A stretch of DNA of 64,000 nucleotides from Candidatus Sumerlaeota bacterium (GCA_020848155.1 JADLAR010000020.1:30096-94095); one strand, 5' to 3'. Positions 19,738 to 30,254 are shown, counted from the first letter of the stretch. Program-made: numbers and translations. Notes: a model not told the origin generated them from the letters alone.

Positions 19738-19824
19738 TGGTGCCTGGGACGGGAATTGAACCCGTATGACCTCGCGGCCGAGGGATTTTAAGTCCCTTGC
19801 GTCTGCCAGTTTCGCCACCCAGGC
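19738..19824 (-). tRNA. tRNA-Leu (anticodon UAA)
   Basis: 87-nt type-II tRNA: acceptor GCCTGGG/CCCAGGC, U8G9, D-arm GCG/CGC, anticodon stem AGGGA/TCCCT with loop CTTAAAA, long variable arm, A73 + encoded CCA. Confidence 0.85.
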
Positions 19825-20027
19825 ACGGATTCCGGCGTGGCGAAAATGCACGAGGCCGCCTGCCACGCCACCGAAATCTTGAATGGGTGAGGCGCACGGG
19901 CTTGGATCGGTTCGATCAGTGTTTGACAGCCGCAGTGGGACTGTGTCCCTTTTGCGGGGCGAGGGGAAGGCTGCACAGCAAGGCCCAACCTCTTCATCCA
20001 ATACGTTGTCCTGAAGGATATGTCTTC

Positions 20028-22523
20028 ATGAAGTCTCCAGCACGTTTCGCCTGTGTGGCCGCCGTCCTCTGTCTCAATGTCGCCGGAGCCTATACTCCCC
20101 CGCCGACCAGTTCCGAATACGATGACGCGAGTGCGAATGTCTTTCTGGATGGTGAAGTGACACGGGTGGACATCACGATCGCACCGGAAGATTTTCAGGC
20201 GATTCTGGATGATCCGGAGAGCGACGAGGAAAAGCACGCGACCGTGCGCTGGCGAAATTCCGTGATCGACGAAACGCACACGGATGTTGGCTTTCGTGCG
20301 CGGGGCGGAGTTTTCACGAGGCCGGCGACCCGGAAATCCTGGAAGATCGATTTCAATGACTTTGTTGCCGGCCGCTCGTTTCATGGCCTTGAATCGGTCG
20401 ACTTGAACGGAGACCACAACGACGCGACTTTCCTGCGTCGCCGCATGGCGCATGAAATCCTTCGGCAGATGGGCCTGCCGTCTCCCCGCACGCATTTCGT
20501 TGCGCTATACATCAACGATGCTTTCTGGAGCATCCAGATTCATACTGAACACGTTGATGAGGAATTCGCCGACGTGTGGTTCAACAACAAGGACGGCAAC
20601 CTTTTCAAGTGCCGCAATAATGGCACGCATGCAGACTTGATCAAGGTTGTCGGCGAGGATTACAAGAATCTCGGAGGCGGTGGCGTCTACGAGGAAACAA
20701 ACAACGATCCGGACTCGGACTACACAGACCTGCGTGACTTGATCCGTGCAATCAATGACCTGGATGGGGCACAGCGATTCGATCAGTTCGAAAGCTACCT
20801 CAACGTCGACAACTGGCTGCGCTACATTGCCGTGGATGTCGCCACGGGAAGTTGGGATGATTATTGGAACGGCTCGAACAACTACTTCCTGTATCACAAC
20901 ACCAAGACGAACCGCTTCGAGATCATCCCCTATGATTACGACAACACGTTTGGCATCGACTACTTCAGCACGGATTGGTCAACACGTTCCTTTGAGAATT
21001 GGGGGAACAACGGTTTCGGCACCATTCCGTCGCCAATGGTTGAGGCACTCTTCCAGCATTCCCCCTGGCGGCGCCAGTATCGACGCTATCTGCTGCAGGC
21101 GGCCGCGTTGCTGGGCAACAGCGCCAACCAGGCCAAGCTGGATGCGTGGCACGCACAGCTTCTTCCCTACTTCGACGGCACGATCGAGGACGGCGGGGTT
21201 GTAGGCGATCAGCCGAGCAGTGGCCAGCACAGTCCCTACTTCACAACGGGCGTGGATGAACCAGCCAACTATGCTGGTGGGTCAGATCACACAATGGGCA
21301 TCAAGCCATTCATGAATGCCCGCGCAAGTTCCTTGAACACGCAGATATCCAACTTTGTGTCTCCCACAACGCCCTCGTTGAAGGTCAGGATCAACGAGGT
21401 GGTCGCTGGCAACGCTGCCGGACCAACTGATCCCGATGGCGACCATGAGGACTTCATCGAACTGTACAACGATGAAGAGAGCGCTGTCGATCTTAGCGGG
21501 TGGTACCTGAGTGACGATGTGGCCGATCCGCTTCGGTGGCAAATTCCCAATGGGACAACGATCGCGTCCAAGGGCTACCTCGTGATCTGGGCGGACAATG
21601 AGCCGACAGAAACCGGAGTGCATGCGACGTACGTGCTTGGACTTGGCGGCCAAACACTCGGCCTGTTCATGAACCCTTCGGATGGCAGGGTGCTTGTTGA
21701 CTATCTCACCTATCCCGCGCTCAGCACGGATCAATCGTTCGGGCGCTTCCCCGACGGATCATCAACCCTGACGACATCCTGCACAGCATCGCCCGGAACG
21801 GCCAATGTGAACGTCACGCCGCCGTGTGATGACATCGGTCCGCGAACGCCGCCAGCCTTGTTCGTGAACGAATTCATGGCGCAGAACAATTCGGGAACCA
21901 TCGTAGATGAAGTTGGTGACAGTGAAGACTGGATCGAAATCTACAACGCCGAGGCGACGGAAGTTGACCTGGGCGGCCTGTACCTGACTGACGATCTTGC
22001 AAGCCCGACAAAGTGGATGTTCCCCGACGGAACGACCATTCCCGCCGGTGGCTTTCTGCTGATCTGGTGTGACTCGGAACCACTTGATGGTCGCCTTCAT
22101 GCGATGTTCAAGCTCAGCACGGGTGGCGAAGCGATTGGCTTGTTCGACAACGACCAGAATGACAACCAACCCATTCACACTTTCACTTTCGGCGCACAGA
22201 CCGCCAATGTGACACAAGGGCTGTATCCCGATGGAGTTGGTCCGATTGTTACTTTGGACAATGTGACGCCAGGGTATAGCAACGTGGTCCCGACACCGAC
22301 TCCCAGTCCCTCTCCCTCCCCATCCCCATCGGCTTCCCCCAGCCCGTCGCCGGCCACGCCCACGGCATCACCAACGCCCTCCCCCACCAATTCTCCAACC
22401 CCTTCACCTGCGACGCCGTCGCCGACGAATTCCCCGTCTCTCACGCCAACCGTGGCCACTGCGACACCAACTCCCACGCCCAGTGCCACGCCATTCCATC
22501 CCAGCGCATGGAAGTTGAACTAA
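20028..22523 (+). CDS. secreted CotH-kinase-family protein with two lamin-tail domains and a C-terminal Pro/Thr-rich tail
   Basis: Signal peptide [21 protein letters not shown]. CotH-like core (aa ~40-520). Two LTD-like modules ('[28 protein letters not shown]...', '[29 protein letters not shown]...'). PT-repeat tail. Confidence 0.8.
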   Translation: MKSPARFACVAAVLCLNVAGAYTPPPTSSEYDDASANVFLDGEVTRVDITIAPEDFQAILDDPESDEEKHATVRWRNSVIDETHTDVGFRARGGVFTRPATRKSWKIDFNDFVAGRSFHGLESVDLNGDHNDATFLRRRMAHEILRQMGLPSPRTHFVALYINDAFWSIQIHTEHVDEEFADVWFNNKDGNLFKCRNNGTHADLIKVVGEDYKNLGGGGVYEETNNDPDSDYTDLRDLIRAINDLDGAQRFDQFESYLNVDNWLRYIAVDVATGSWDDYWNGSNNYFLYHNTKTNRFEIIPYDYDNTFGIDYFSTDWSTRSFENWGNNGFGTIPSPMVEALFQHSPWRRQYRRYLLQAAALLGNSANQAKLDAWHAQLLPYFDGTIEDGGVVGDQPSSGQHSPYFTTGVDEPANYAGGSDHTMGIKPFMNARASSLNTQISNFVSPTTPSLKVRINEVVAGNAAGPTDPDGDHEDFIELYNDEESAVDLSGWYLSDDVADPLRWQIPNGTTIASKGYLVIWADNEPTETGVHATYVLGLGGQTLGLFMNPSDGRVLVDYLTYPALSTDQSFGRFPDGSSTLTTSCTASPGTANVNVTPPCDDIGPRTPPALFVNEFMAQNNSGTIVDEVGDSEDWIEIYNAEATEVDLGGLYLTDDLASPTKWMFPDGTTIPAGGFLLIWCDSEPLDGRLHAMFKLSTGGEAIGLFDNDQNDNQPIHTFTFGAQTANVTQGLYPDGVGPIVTLDNVTPGYSNVVPTPTPSPSPSPSPSASPSPSPATPTASPTPSPTNSPTPSPATPSPTNSPSLTPTVATATPTPTPSATPFHPSAWKLN
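22290..22480 (+). repeat. low-complexity CCN/ACN repeat DNA encoding a (P/T/S)n linker
   Basis: Runs of ccc/ccg/acg/tcg codons encoding [47 protein letters not shown]. Confidence 0.6.
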
Positions 22524-22527
22524 TCGC

Positions 22528-22560
22528 GAATGGCGGCGGATGATGAATCCGCCGCCATTC
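22528..22560. terminator. bidirectional intrinsic terminator hairpin between convergent genes
   Basis: GAATGGCGGCGGA-tgatgaa-TCCGCCGCCATTC, a 13-bp perfect stem, located between the CotH stop (22523) and the EEP gene stop (22559). Confidence 0.5.
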
Positions 22561-23437
22561 AATTCCGAGGAAGATTTTTTCCGAGTAACTCGACGACGAC
22601 TGGACGATGATCGCTCAGAAGCACATCCGGCACGGACAGTCGTGACGGAACGAAGTGCTCCGAAGTATAGACATAATCGATGCAGCGATTGGGGACATCC
22701 CACGGAAACGTGTTCAGTCGTTTCGTCACCGCTCCGGTGTCATGCAACACACCATCCAGCAAGCGCAGTTCCAGCTCCTCCGGGCGTGCGTTCAAGTCAC
22801 CACCGAAAATCACCGGGCGCGACTTTGCCTCCTCACGCGCAACTTCGGCGATGCGCTGGAGTTGTTTCTCGCGCTGATCGCTCGTCAGGCCAAGATGCGT
22901 GCAGAGCACGGCAACGGGTCCCATCGGCGACTCGACGTGCGCCACCAGCAACACACGCTGCTCTTCATAGTAGTCGGGATATTTTGGCGTGTGATTCGAG
23001 TAATCCGGCTTGAAAAGCATCTCATGGCGGGAGTCGGTGATTGGCCATCGCGAAAGCATCGCGACACCAAAGTGGCCTCCCTGCAAGTCAATTGCCGGTG
23101 CAAAGTATCCGGAAAACTTCAGCTCCTTTGCAAGGGCTGCAACTTCGTCGATGCTGCCGGAGCGCTTCACATTCACGTCGACTTCCTGAAGAAGCACAAT
23201 ATCCGCATTTTCCACACGGAGGAAATCCGCAATCTTCGGCAGGTTGTCCTGTGCGCTGACGGGCGGTTGGGACTTGTCACCTGTTCCCATCCCTCCCCTG
23301 ATGTTGTAGGTGACGACCCTCAGGATTCCATCATCGCCCGCGTCGACCTTCTTCTGTGCGGTGGAGCAACCTGCAAGCAGCAGCAACAGGATAACGGGAA
23401 AGAGCCTCCCTGTGCCCCAGCGCTCAAGCAGAGACAT
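22559..23437 (-). CDS. endonuclease/exonuclease/phosphatase (EEP) family lipoprotein
   Basis: Lipobox 'LLLLLAGCST'. EEP motifs 'VVTYNIRGG', 'DIVLLQEV', 'GGDLNA', 'SDHRPV'. Confidence 0.75.
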   Translation of the reverse strand: MSLLERWGTGRLFPVILLLLLAGCSTAQKKVDAGDDGILRVVTYNIRGGMGTGDKSQPPVSAQDNLPKIADFLRVENADIVLLQEVDVNVKRSGSIDEVAALAKELKFSGYFAPAIDLQGGHFGVAMLSRWPITDSRHEMLFKPDYSNHTPKYPDYYEEQRVLLVAHVESPMGPVAVLCTHLGLTSDQREKQLQRIAEVAREEAKSRPVIFGGDLNARPEELELRLLDGVLHDTGAVTKRLNTFPWDVPNRCIDYVYTSEHFVPSRLSVPDVLLSDHRPVVVELLGKNLPRN

Positions 23438-24452
23438 GCATCACTCCATCAATCGTGACGCCTGTTTTGCCCTTCCTGATCATCCCGATTTCCTCTGCAT
23501 GAGTCATGGAACGACGCAGGAACTTGATCGTCTCCTTTGCATCCTTCCGATCGACGATGACGCACATCCCGATCCCCATGTTGAAAACATTGTACATTTC
23601 CTTCTCACTGACAGGGCCGTTCCTTGCGATCAACTGGAAGATTTCCTGCTGCTCCCAGCGCGTCGGATACAATATCGCCTGCGCTGACTTCGGAAGAACC
23701 CGCACGAGGTTTCCGCCAAGCCCGCCGCCGGTAATGTGCGCAATGCCCTTCACCCTGATCTTCGCAATGAGCTTGAGGATTGGTGCCACATAGATTGCCG
23801 TGGGCTTGAGCAATTGCTCCAGCACGGCCTTTCGCTTCGCGCCCTTTGCGCCCTTCTTTCCCTCCAGCAGCGCCTTTCGCGCGAGGGAGAATCCGTTGCT
23901 GTGAACGCCGCTGCTGGCGATGCCAATGATCGCATCGCCGGGCTTGATCCTGCGGCCATCAATGACCTGCGACCCTTCCACGATACCGACACCGAATCCC
24001 GCGAGGTCGAAGCCACCGCGTGGATACACGCCCGGCATTTCCGCCGTCTCGCCGCCCACCAATTGGCAGTTCGCCTGCTTGCAGCCGGCCACGATGCCGC
24101 GAATGATCTCGCTCGATTCCTGACGCGTCAGCTTGTTCGTTGCATAGTAGTCAAGGAAGGCCATCGGTCGTGCGCCGGAGGTGATGATGTCGTTCACCAC
24201 CATCGCGACAAGATCGATGCCGATCGTGTCGAGTATCTTGAGTTCCTGCGCCACGAGGATCTTGCTTCCGACTCCATCAGTCGAAAGCACCAGCTTCGGC
24301 CTTTTCACTCCCGCGGGAAGCGAGAGGTAGCCACCGAACCCGCCAATCGAGGGATTGATCTTCTTCAGGTCGGCGACAAAGCGGTCGCCTTCGTCGATGT
24401 CGACTCCCGAATCCTTGTAGCTAATGGCCGATGCGTAATTGGATGCGCTCAA
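23424..24452 (-). CDS. purM: phosphoribosylformylglycinamidine cyclo-ligase (AIR synthetase)
   Basis: PurM N/C domains, '[13 protein letters not shown]', 'GGFGGY', 342 aa. Confidence 0.9.
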   Translation of the reverse strand: MSASNYASAISYKDSGVDIDEGDRFVADLKKINPSIGGFGGYLSLPAGVKRPKLVLSTDGVGSKILVAQELKILDTIGIDLVAMVVNDIITSGARPMAFLDYYATNKLTRQESSEIIRGIVAGCKQANCQLVGGETAEMPGVYPRGGFDLAGFGVGIVEGSQVIDGRRIKPGDAIIGIASSGVHSNGFSLARKALLEGKKGAKGAKRKAVLEQLLKPTAIYVAPILKLIAKIRVKGIAHITGGGLGGNLVRVLPKSAQAILYPTRWEQQEIFQLIARNGPVSEKEMYNVFNMGIGMCVIVDRKDAKETIKFLRRSMTHAEEIGMIRKGKTGVTIDGVMHVSA

Positions 24453-25198
24453 CTTTTTGCCTTCCCTTGGGCAGCCACTGCCGCGGCCGCCTTCGCAATT
24501 TCGTCCGGATCACCCAAATAGTAGTGTTGCAGTGGCTTGAGGTTGGCATCCAACTCATACACCAGAGGGATGCCGGTGGGAATGTTCAGTTCCAGGATCT
24601 CCTCCTCGCTCATGTTGTCGAGGTGCTTCACCAGGGCGCGCAGGCTGTTGCCGTGTGCCACGATGATGACACGCCTGCCGCCGCGCACCTGCGGCGCGAT
24701 TGTGGACTCCCAATAGGGAACGAAGCGCGCCACTGTGTCCTTCAGGCTTTCGGTCAACGGCAACTCGTCCTTCGCCACGCTCGCGTAACGACGATCACGC
24801 GAGGGATGGCGCTCGTCATTGGATGTCAGTGGTGGCGGTGGCACGCTATAGGAACGGCGCCAGATCTTCACCTGTTCATCGCCGTGCTTCGCTGCGATCT
24901 CCGCCTTGTTCAGCCCCTGCAACGCGCCGTAGTGCCGCTCATTCAGCCGCCAGTCACGAATGACGGGAACCCACAACTGCTCCAATTCGCTCATCGCGAT
25001 CTGCATGGTGCGGATGGCGCGCGTCAGCACGGATGTGTAGACGAGATCAAATTCAAAATTCTTCTCCTTCAGGACCCTGCCGGCCATGCGCGCCTCGCCG
25101 CGCCCCTGGTCTGTCAAATCAACATCCGTCCATCCGGTGAAGCGATTCTCAAGATTCCATGCGCTCTGGCCGTGCCGGAGCAGAACGATCTTATGCAT
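24449..25198 (-). CDS. gpmA: 2,3-bisphosphoglycerate-dependent phosphoglycerate mutase
   Basis: '[10 protein letters not shown]' catalytic His motif, 'RHYG', '[10 protein letters not shown]'. Start MHKIV at 25196-25198. 4-nt overlap with purM. Confidence 0.9.
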   Translation of the reverse strand: MHKIVLLRHGQSAWNLENRFTGWTDVDLTDQGRGEARMAGRVLKEKNFEFDLVYTSVLTRAIRTMQIAMSELEQLWVPVIRDWRLNERHYGALQGLNKAEIAAKHGDEQVKIWRRSYSVPPPPLTSNDERHPSRDRRYASVAKDELPLTESLKDTVARFVPYWESTIAPQVRGGRRVIIVAHGNSLRALVKHLDNMSEEEILELNIPTGIPLVYELDANLKPLQHYYLGDPDEIAKAAAAVAAQGKAKS

Positions 25199-25437
25199 CA
25201 AAAAGCATTCCTTGCTATCGCACAAAATGAAAGTGGAGGGTTTCGTTGCAAACAGGCCAAGTTTCCCGCCTCCCCTTCGCGGGTGCGCAAGCGATTTTGG
25301 AATTTTCCAGAAATTGTCTGCATTGCGGTCATGCGCGCGTGCAATTCATCTTGCCGCACGAAATTGGGTCGCCGCGAAATATGGGTCACGATTGTGGCGC
25401 GGGATTCACTCAACTTTTCCATCGAAGGAATTGAAAC

Positions 25438-26832
25438 ATGAGAGTAACACCCTTCGGCGCGGCGGGCGAGGTCACAGGCTCGGCCTATCTGATTGAGGCC
25501 GCCGGAAGCAAAGTGTTACTCGACTTCGGCTTTTTTCAGGGCAACAGCCGCCAGGACGAAAAGAACATCGTTCCGCCGCAAATCCGCGTCGATGAACTCA
25601 ATGCCGTAATGCTCACCCACGCGCATTTGGATCACACGGGGCGCGTGCCGTTGCTGATAAAGGCGGGTTTCGCCGGGCCAATCCTTGGCACGCCGGCAAC
25701 ATTGGACATTGCAGGCGTCATCCTTCGCGATTCCGCGAAGATTCGCCTCACTGACACACTTCACGAAAACCGCAAGCGCGAACGGCGGGGGGAAATGCCG
25801 CTGGAACCACTCTATACCTTCGACGATGTCGATCATGTGGTTGCACTTTTCAAGCCCGTTGACTACGAAGTCCCGACGGCCATCGCGCCCGGTATCAGCG
25901 CACGCTGGCGCGAGGCGGGGCACATGCTCGGCTCTGCCAGCATCGAAGTCACGCTGGAGGAAAATGACGTTCGACGCGTCGTGATTTTCTCCGGCGACAT
26001 CGGTCAGCGCGGTTCCGCAATCCTGAAGGACCCAGAACCTTTCACGAAGGCTGATTATGTCATCCTGGAGAGCACCTACGGGGATCGTGATCACCGGGGA
26101 ATTCCCGAAACCGTCCACGAGTTCGAGGAGATCATCAAGGCTGCTGTTGCACAGCGCGGCAAGATCCTTGTGCCGACGTTTGCGATCGGGCGTGCCCAGG
26201 CACTTCTTTACTACCTCGCACTAATGTTCCGTAACGGCCACGTGCCACCGTTTCCGATCTTTCTGGACAGCCCCATGGCAATTGAAGCCACGCGCATTTA
26301 CCAGAATCATCCCGAACTCTTTGACGAGGAGCTCCAGATGCTTCGCCATGATCACCCCCTGCGCGAGGATCTGAAGACCGTGACACCAACGCCGACTCCG
26401 GATGATTCACGTGCACTCAACGAGTTGAATGGTCCAATGATGATTCTGGCGGGGTCAGGCATGGCAAATGCCGGGCGCATTCTTCACCATCTGAAATGGA
26501 ATCTGTGGAGGCCGGAGACCTGGGTCGTGATCGTTGGCTATCAGGGCCACGGAACGCTGGGGAGGTTGCTTGTCGATGGAGCAAGCGAGGTTCGCATCTT
26601 CGGCGAGAAGATCGCTGTGAAGGCAAAGATCCGTTCGTTGGGTGGATTCAGCGCCCATGCAGGCCAGACGCAGTTGATCGAGTGGTATGGCGCGCTTTCT
26701 TCAAACAAGCCGAAGGTCTACTTGACGCATGGTGAGGATTTCCCGCGCCAGACCCTGCAGGAGAAACTGCGCGAGAAGTTCAATGCCAACGTCGTCAGCG
26801 CACAGTTTGCCGTTCCCATCGAAATTACCTGA
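25438..26832 (+). CDS. MBL-fold metallo-hydrolase with beta-CASP/RNA-specificity domain (RNase J/CPSF-like)
   Basis: 'HAHLDHTG' motif II, beta-CASP spacing, C-terminal RNA-metabolising MBL domain. 464 aa. Confidence 0.8.
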   Translation: MRVTPFGAAGEVTGSAYLIEAAGSKVLLDFGFFQGNSRQDEKNIVPPQIRVDELNAVMLTHAHLDHTGRVPLLIKAGFAGPILGTPATLDIAGVILRDSAKIRLTDTLHENRKRERRGEMPLEPLYTFDDVDHVVALFKPVDYEVPTAIAPGISARWREAGHMLGSASIEVTLEENDVRRVVIFSGDIGQRGSAILKDPEPFTKADYVILESTYGDRDHRGIPETVHEFEEIIKAAVAQRGKILVPTFAIGRAQALLYYLALMFRNGHVPPFPIFLDSPMAIEATRIYQNHPELFDEELQMLRHDHPLREDLKTVTPTPTPDDSRALNELNGPMMILAGSGMANAGRILHHLKWNLWRPETWVVIVGYQGHGTLGRLLVDGASEVRIFGEKIAVKAKIRSLGGFSAHAGQTQLIEWYGALSSNKPKVYLTHGEDFPRQTLQEKLREKFNANVVSAQFAVPIEIT

Positions 26833-26843
26833 TCCATTTTTGC

Positions 26844-28025
26844 ATGGAAACCACGGCGCTTGTCATCCTTGGATTTCATGCTTTCCTGTGGTTTGTGCGA
26901 TGGGAGAAACTTTTCAACAGGCGCAAGGCCCAGACACCAGTCCTCCTGCCCCTTCACAAGTCGTCCTCAAATCCCGCGAGCGTCACAGTCTTTGTCCCTG
27001 CACGCAATGAGGAGCATGCCATCGGTGCTGCGCTGAAAAGCCTTCTCGCGCAAGACCATCGGCAACTGCACATTGTTGTGATCAACGATCGTTCAACGGA
27101 CCGCACCAGAGAAATCCTCGCCCAGTTTTCCGACCCGCGCCTGACAGTCGTCACCGCGCCGGAGCCTCCCATGGGTTGGATGGGGAAGTGCCACGCATTG
27201 CACTGCGGTGTGAAGGCCGCCGCTGTCAAAACAGAGTACTACCTTTTCACAGATGCGGATGTCATCTTTGCCCCGACGACGATTCGCCGCACAGTGTCGC
27301 ACATTGTCCGGGAACATGGTGACTTGTTGGCCCTGTTTCCACGTGTCGACTGCGTGGGATTCTGGGAGAACGCGATGCTTCCCATGCTGAGCCACCTTGG
27401 TTACATCATGCTCGATCCAAGGCGCATCGCCGATCCTGACACGAAGGATTTCGTCGGAATCGGAGCGTTTTGCCTGATTCGCAGGGACATGTACGAACGC
27501 TGGGGCGGGCACGCCGCGATCCGGAACGAAGTCATTGATGACATGGCGATGGGGCTGAAGACCAAGCAGCAACGCGGGCGCATCCTTGTGGTGCGCGATC
27601 CGCGAGCGATTCACCTGCGCTGGTATCGCGATCTGAAAAGCATCGTGAATGGATTCGAGAAGAACATGCATCAGGCGGTCGGAAAGGGCCTCGTGGGAGC
27701 AATTGCGTCGACGATCTTCTTTCCTGCCGCCCATGTGATACCCATACTGGTTGCGATGCTGGTCCTCGCAACAAAACCCGATGCGTGGTACCTCTGGATT
27801 CCGGCGTTGCTTCTCTACTTGGGGACAGGATCACGGCTCGCCCACCGAATGCGTCACGCGCTGTCCATAAAGCGCTGGCTTGTTGTACTGGCATATCCCG
27901 CGGGCGCGCTGCTGGCTTCCTATACAATGCTGCGATCAGCCTACTTTTCAGAGATCAAGCGGGAAATTCGTTGGCGCGGCCGCAGCATGCCACGCGGAAG
28001 GCAGGAGACTCGCATCGTTCGCTAG
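26844..28025 (+). CDS. glycosyltransferase family 2, membrane-anchored
   Basis: GT-A fold 'VTVFVPARNEE', 'INDRSTD', DxD 'FTDADVIF'. C-terminal TM helices. Confidence 0.75.
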   Translation: METTALVILGFHAFLWFVRWEKLFNRRKAQTPVLLPLHKSSSNPASVTVFVPARNEEHAIGAALKSLLAQDHRQLHIVVINDRSTDRTREILAQFSDPRLTVVTAPEPPMGWMGKCHALHCGVKAAAVKTEYYLFTDADVIFAPTTIRRTVSHIVREHGDLLALFPRVDCVGFWENAMLPMLSHLGYIMLDPRRIADPDTKDFVGIGAFCLIRRDMYERWGGHAAIRNEVIDDMAMGLKTKQQRGRILVVRDPRAIHLRWYRDLKSIVNGFEKNMHQAVGKGLVGAIASTIFFPAAHVIPILVAMLVLATKPDAWYLWIPALLLYLGTGSRLAHRMRHALSIKRWLVVLAYPAGALLASYTMLRSAYFSEIKREIRWRGRSMPRGRQETRIVR

Positions 28026-28106
28026 CCCCAATCGTCCTTGCGCACGCAGGCCGCCTTTCCATCAATGCGCAGCGTCCGATTCGCGCACGCAAGGAGCCTG
28101 AACGCC

Positions 28107-29129
28107 ATGCAATCAATCCAAAAAATCTATATGCTGAAGTTGCGCTATCCCTTCGGCATCTCGCGCGACACGGTGACGGAAATCCCAACGGTGCTGTTTC
28201 GCCTGGGAAATCATGGCCAGGGCGAAGGCTCCCCCGTCCGCTACAAGAAGCAAAAGGCGGAAGACATCGTGACAGTGCTGGAGGACCTGGCCAGGGATGT
28301 GACAGAAGACAACATCAGTGACATTCCTTTCCACGAAAAGCGTGCGCGCGCGAAGTACCCGCAGCATTCGGCGGCGCTGTGTGCGTTCAACATTGCGCTG
28401 TGGGATGCATGGGGCCGCCGCGAGAAGAAGCAGCTTTACGAACTGGTGAACCTTCCCAAGCCAAGCATCAAGTCCACCTACACGGTAAGCCTTGCTGACA
28501 ACAACATCATGGAGGAACGCGCGCGCGAGGTTGCCCATCTCCCGCTGCTGAAAATCAAGCTGGGGCGAACCCACGAACTGGACATCGACATCATGCGACG
28601 CATTCGTGCCGTCGCGCCAAACGCCGTGCTTCGCGTGGATGCCAACGCAGGGTGGACCTATGACATCGCGAAGAAGATCATTCCGGAACTGGCCGACATC
28701 GGTGTGGAGTTCATTGAGCAGCCGCTGGCGATTGGCAACATCGTGGAAACGAAGAAGCTTCATGAGACCATGCCACTTCCCATCGTCGTTGATGAGGATG
28801 TCCAGGACCTTGCATCGCTCGATGCGGTGCGTGGGTGCGTTGCCGGCATCAACATCAAGCTCATGAAGACAGGCGGACTTTGTGAAGCGCTGCGCATCCT
28901 GAAGTACGCGAGGAAGGAGGGGTGGAAGGTCATGGTCGGTTGCATGGTGGAAACGCGACTCGCCCTGGGTGCGGCCTCGCATCTGGCCGGCGCGGTTGAT
29001 GCCATGGACGTGGATGGACACATGCTCACGGCAAATGACCCTTTTCCACCCGGAAGCCTGCGCGAATTCAGCGCCGAATTGCCACTCGGCAACGGCCCCG
29101 GCGTTGGATTGCCACTGATTGATTTCTGA
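28107..29129 (+). CDS. enolase-superfamily dipeptide epimerase / N-acyl-amino-acid racemase-like (DgcA-like)
   Basis: MR/MLE barrel: 'KIKLG' , 'RVDANAGW', 'IEQP', 'VDE', 'IKLMKTGG'. ATG 28107 preceded by AAGGAG. Confidence 0.75.
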   Translation: MQSIQKIYMLKLRYPFGISRDTVTEIPTVLFRLGNHGQGEGSPVRYKKQKAEDIVTVLEDLARDVTEDNISDIPFHEKRARAKYPQHSAALCAFNIALWDAWGRREKKQLYELVNLPKPSIKSTYTVSLADNNIMEERAREVAHLPLLKIKLGRTHELDIDIMRRIRAVAPNAVLRVDANAGWTYDIAKKIIPELADIGVEFIEQPLAIGNIVETKKLHETMPLPIVVDEDVQDLASLDAVRGCVAGINIKLMKTGGLCEALRILKYARKEGWKVMVGCMVETRLALGAASHLAGAVDAMDVDGHMLTANDPFPPGSLREFSAELPLGNGPGVGLPLIDF

Positions 29130-29183
29130 ACCTGAAGTTCTGCTGAGACCAATTCCCAAATTCATTCGCCGGAGGCGAATCCG

Positions 29184-30254
29184 TTGATCAACAAGAATGC
29201 CATTCATCCCAAGCGCATCGTCCATCTCGCAGAGGGGAACTTCTCGCTGCGAAACTCCAAGATGACGACAGGTGTCCTGCGGTACGGTTACCATGAATCC
29301 GTTGCCGTCATTGATTCCCAGTACACGGGCAAGACAGCGCAGGAAGTCGTCGGCTGCGGTGGCGACGTCCCCGTGGTTGCATCCCTCGCAGACGCGATGA
29401 AGTTCCGCCCCAATGCCCTCCTGATCGGCATTACGCCCACAGGGGGCCGACTTCCAGAGCCGATGAAGACACTTTGCCTGGAGGCGATTTCACTCGGCCT
29501 CGACGTGTATGCAGGTCTTCATGACTTCCTGACCGAGGACGCGGAACTTGTGCGTGCTGCGGACAAGCACGGCGTCAAACTTTGGGACATTCGCAAGCCT
29601 CCGAAGCACATGCCCGTCGGTGGCGGATTGTGCCGTTGGGCGAAGAGCTACATCTCACTCATGGTTGGCAGCGATTGCGCCATCGGCAAGATGACCGTCG
29701 CCCTGGAAATTGATCGGGAAGCGAAAAGGCGCGGCATCAAGACGGAGTTCGTTGCAACGGGGCAGTGCGGGATAGCGATCGCCGGCTGGGGATCGCCCAT
29801 CGATGCCATTCCGGGAGACTTCATGGCGGGCATGGTGGAGCGGGACGTGCTGTCCGTGGACGGCGCGGACCTGATCCTCGTGGAGGGCCAAGGTTCGCTA
29901 CTTCATCCAGGATTCAGTTCCGTCACGCTGGCGCTGCTGCACGGCTCAATCCCCCACAGCCTGATCCTCTGCCATCAGACGACGCGCAAGGAAGTTTCCA
30001 AGATCAAGGACGTGCCGATTCCACCGTTGCCGGAGGTCATGGATCCGTATATCCGGCTGGCAAGTCCCTTCCGGAAACCCGAGTTCCTTGGCGTGTGCCT
30101 GAATACCAGTGGCACAAGCGAGGATGAGGCGCGCGCGGCGATTGCGGAAGCGGAAAAACTCTGTGGCATTCCTGCCACCGACCCGGTGCGCTTTGGGGCG
30201 GGCAAGCTGGTCGAAGCACTTTCGGAACACCGAAAGAAGCTCGGCTTCTCCTGA
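29184..30254 (+). CDS. DUF1611-family protein (DgcN-like putative D-amino-acid N-acetyltransferase)
   Basis: TTG start with GGAGG 8 nt upstream. N-terminal 'RIVHLAEGNFSLRNSKMTTGVLRY...VAVIDSQYTGKTAQ' matches my memory of DUF1611 N-domain consensus. Paired with an enolase-superfamily gene. Confidence 0.55.
   Translation: MINKNAIHPKRIVHLAEGNFSLRNSKMTTGVLRYGYHESVAVIDSQYTGKTAQEVVGCGGDVPVVASLADAMKFRPNALLIGITPTGGRLPEPMKTLCLEAISLGLDVYAGLHDFLTEDAELVRAADKHGVKLWDIRKPPKHMPVGGGLCRWAKSYISLMVGSDCAIGKMTVALEIDREAKRRGIKTEFVATGQCGIAIAGWGSPIDAIPGDFMAGMVERDVLSVDGADLILVEGQGSLLHPGFSSVTLALLHGSIPHSLILCHQTTRKEVSKIKDVPIPPLPEVMDPYIRLASPFRKPEFLGVCLNTSGTSEDEARAAIAEAEKLCGIPATDPVRFGAGKLVEALSEHRKKLGFS

Noticed and set aside
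19577-20495. Minus-strand ORFs (106, 137, 235 aa) spanning the tRNA-Leu gene and the CotH 5' region
   Set aside because: They overlap a bona fide tRNA and the signal-peptide-encoding start of the CotH gene. Arg-rich shadow frames.
20505-22489. Several 70-150-aa ORFs on both strands inside the CotH gene, including the poly-GV/GD ORF at 22175-22489
   Set aside because: Alternative-frame readings of the long CotH CDS and its PT-repeat (reverse complement of CCN repeats gives Gly-rich frames).
22655-25441. Plus-strand ORFs of 261-336 aa (22655-23458, 23736-24521, 24431-25441) antisense to EEP, purM and gpmA
   Set aside because: The minus-strand products are clearly PurM, GpmA and an EEP-family protein. 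The plus frames are shadow ORFs.
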